Under the pieces are notes generated by a model. The model was given only the letters and a program-made list of their open reading frames with translations. It was not told the origin of the DNA and ran no database searches. A stretch of DNA of 64,000 nucleotides from Camelus dromedarius. Its lineage: Eukaryota. The stretch lies in assembly GCF_036321535.1 (NCBI RefSeq), contig NC_087437.1:68016001-68080000 (forward strand), written 5' to 3'. Below, piece after piece: positions 63,401 to 64,000 of the stretch (position 1 is the stretch's first letter; each line of letters begins with the position of its first letter). Position numbers and translations under genes: made by a program.

Positions 63401-64000
63401 TTTGAGTAACTTTCCTTGGTTCATTCTGTCTTTTAATTAACAAGCAAAGATTTTATACCAGGTTCGCCCTGTTACCACAATCGATTTCCTCCCTGCCCCT
63501 TCCTCTAAAACTCGACATGGCTCACGTACAAGGTTCAGCAGCATTGTTAAGGGAGGACTCACCTGCTACTTAAAGAATGTGTGTCATCACATGTCTTAAC
63601 TACTGTCTGGGTGAAATGTAATCATCCTTGTTCGAAGGTATACAGACCTGAGCAAGCCCATCTTACCCTCCTTACTCGGGATGCAGCTGTAGTGTCTGGA
63701 GAGAAGTGTGCATGGGGGGGTGCAGAGGTACATCTAGGAAATACCATGGCCAGCCAGGTTATTCCACAGCGAAGAAATGAGCCCAGTGATTTATTGCTAA
63801 CTTGTTAGCTGAACGTGCCTCAATTTTTCAGTGTTGTTTCCAGGCCTCTGGGAAACAGTCTCACATTGAAATAAGGAAATGTTCACCCTCTAGTGGTTTG
63901 TATTTCTCATCATCTGCCGTAACATAGGGGATAAGGGACGAGGGCAGGAGGGTCCCCTACTAACAGTAACTTAATTACTGCTTTGCTAGTATTTCCCAGA

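Noticed and set aside
1197..63808. The six-frame ORF track as protein-coding genes
   Set aside because: All are short (130 aa or less), many start at non-ATG codons, and none resembles a protein I recognise except L1 ORF2 remnants (32814-33107, 49653-49949). Low-complexity ones come from microsatellites.
1..64000. CRISPR array, prokaryotic operon, NUMT or intact endogenous retrovirus
   Set aside because: I saw no repeat-spacer periodicity, long ORFs, mitochondrial-like sequence or paired LTRs.

Overview
This is AT-rich, CpG-depleted mammalian genomic DNA, most likely camelid. The evidence is one Vic-1-like tRNA-Ala-derived SINE, cetartiodactyl-type L1 3' ends, and no Alu, Bov-tA/BovB or PRE-1 elements that I could recognise. 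I found no protein-coding exon or RNA gene I can identify, and the ORFs supplied look spurious or repeat-derived. The window reads as part of a very long intron transcribed on the + strand, since most L1 3' ends are antisense and the best splice signals are on +. It is filled with MIR, L2, L3, L1 and Tigger/MER DNA-transposon fragments and microsatellites. The host gene cannot be named from the sequence alone. The best non-repeat signal is a textbook recursive-splice-type junction (long pyrimidine tract-AG|GTAAGT) at 44905/44906, followed by a 124-nt candidate RS-exon with stops in all three frames. There is also a TATA-containing candidate internal promoter/first exon at ~23350-23683 with a (TG)n(GA)n leader, plus several weaker candidate first exons, microexons, hairpins and a CTCF-like site. 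All splice, promoter and repeat-family calls are by-eye and untested; repeat boundaries are approximate unless TSDs are given. I see no clear evidence of a wholly new biological system. The best hypothesis is a promoter-dependent recursive-splicing switch.
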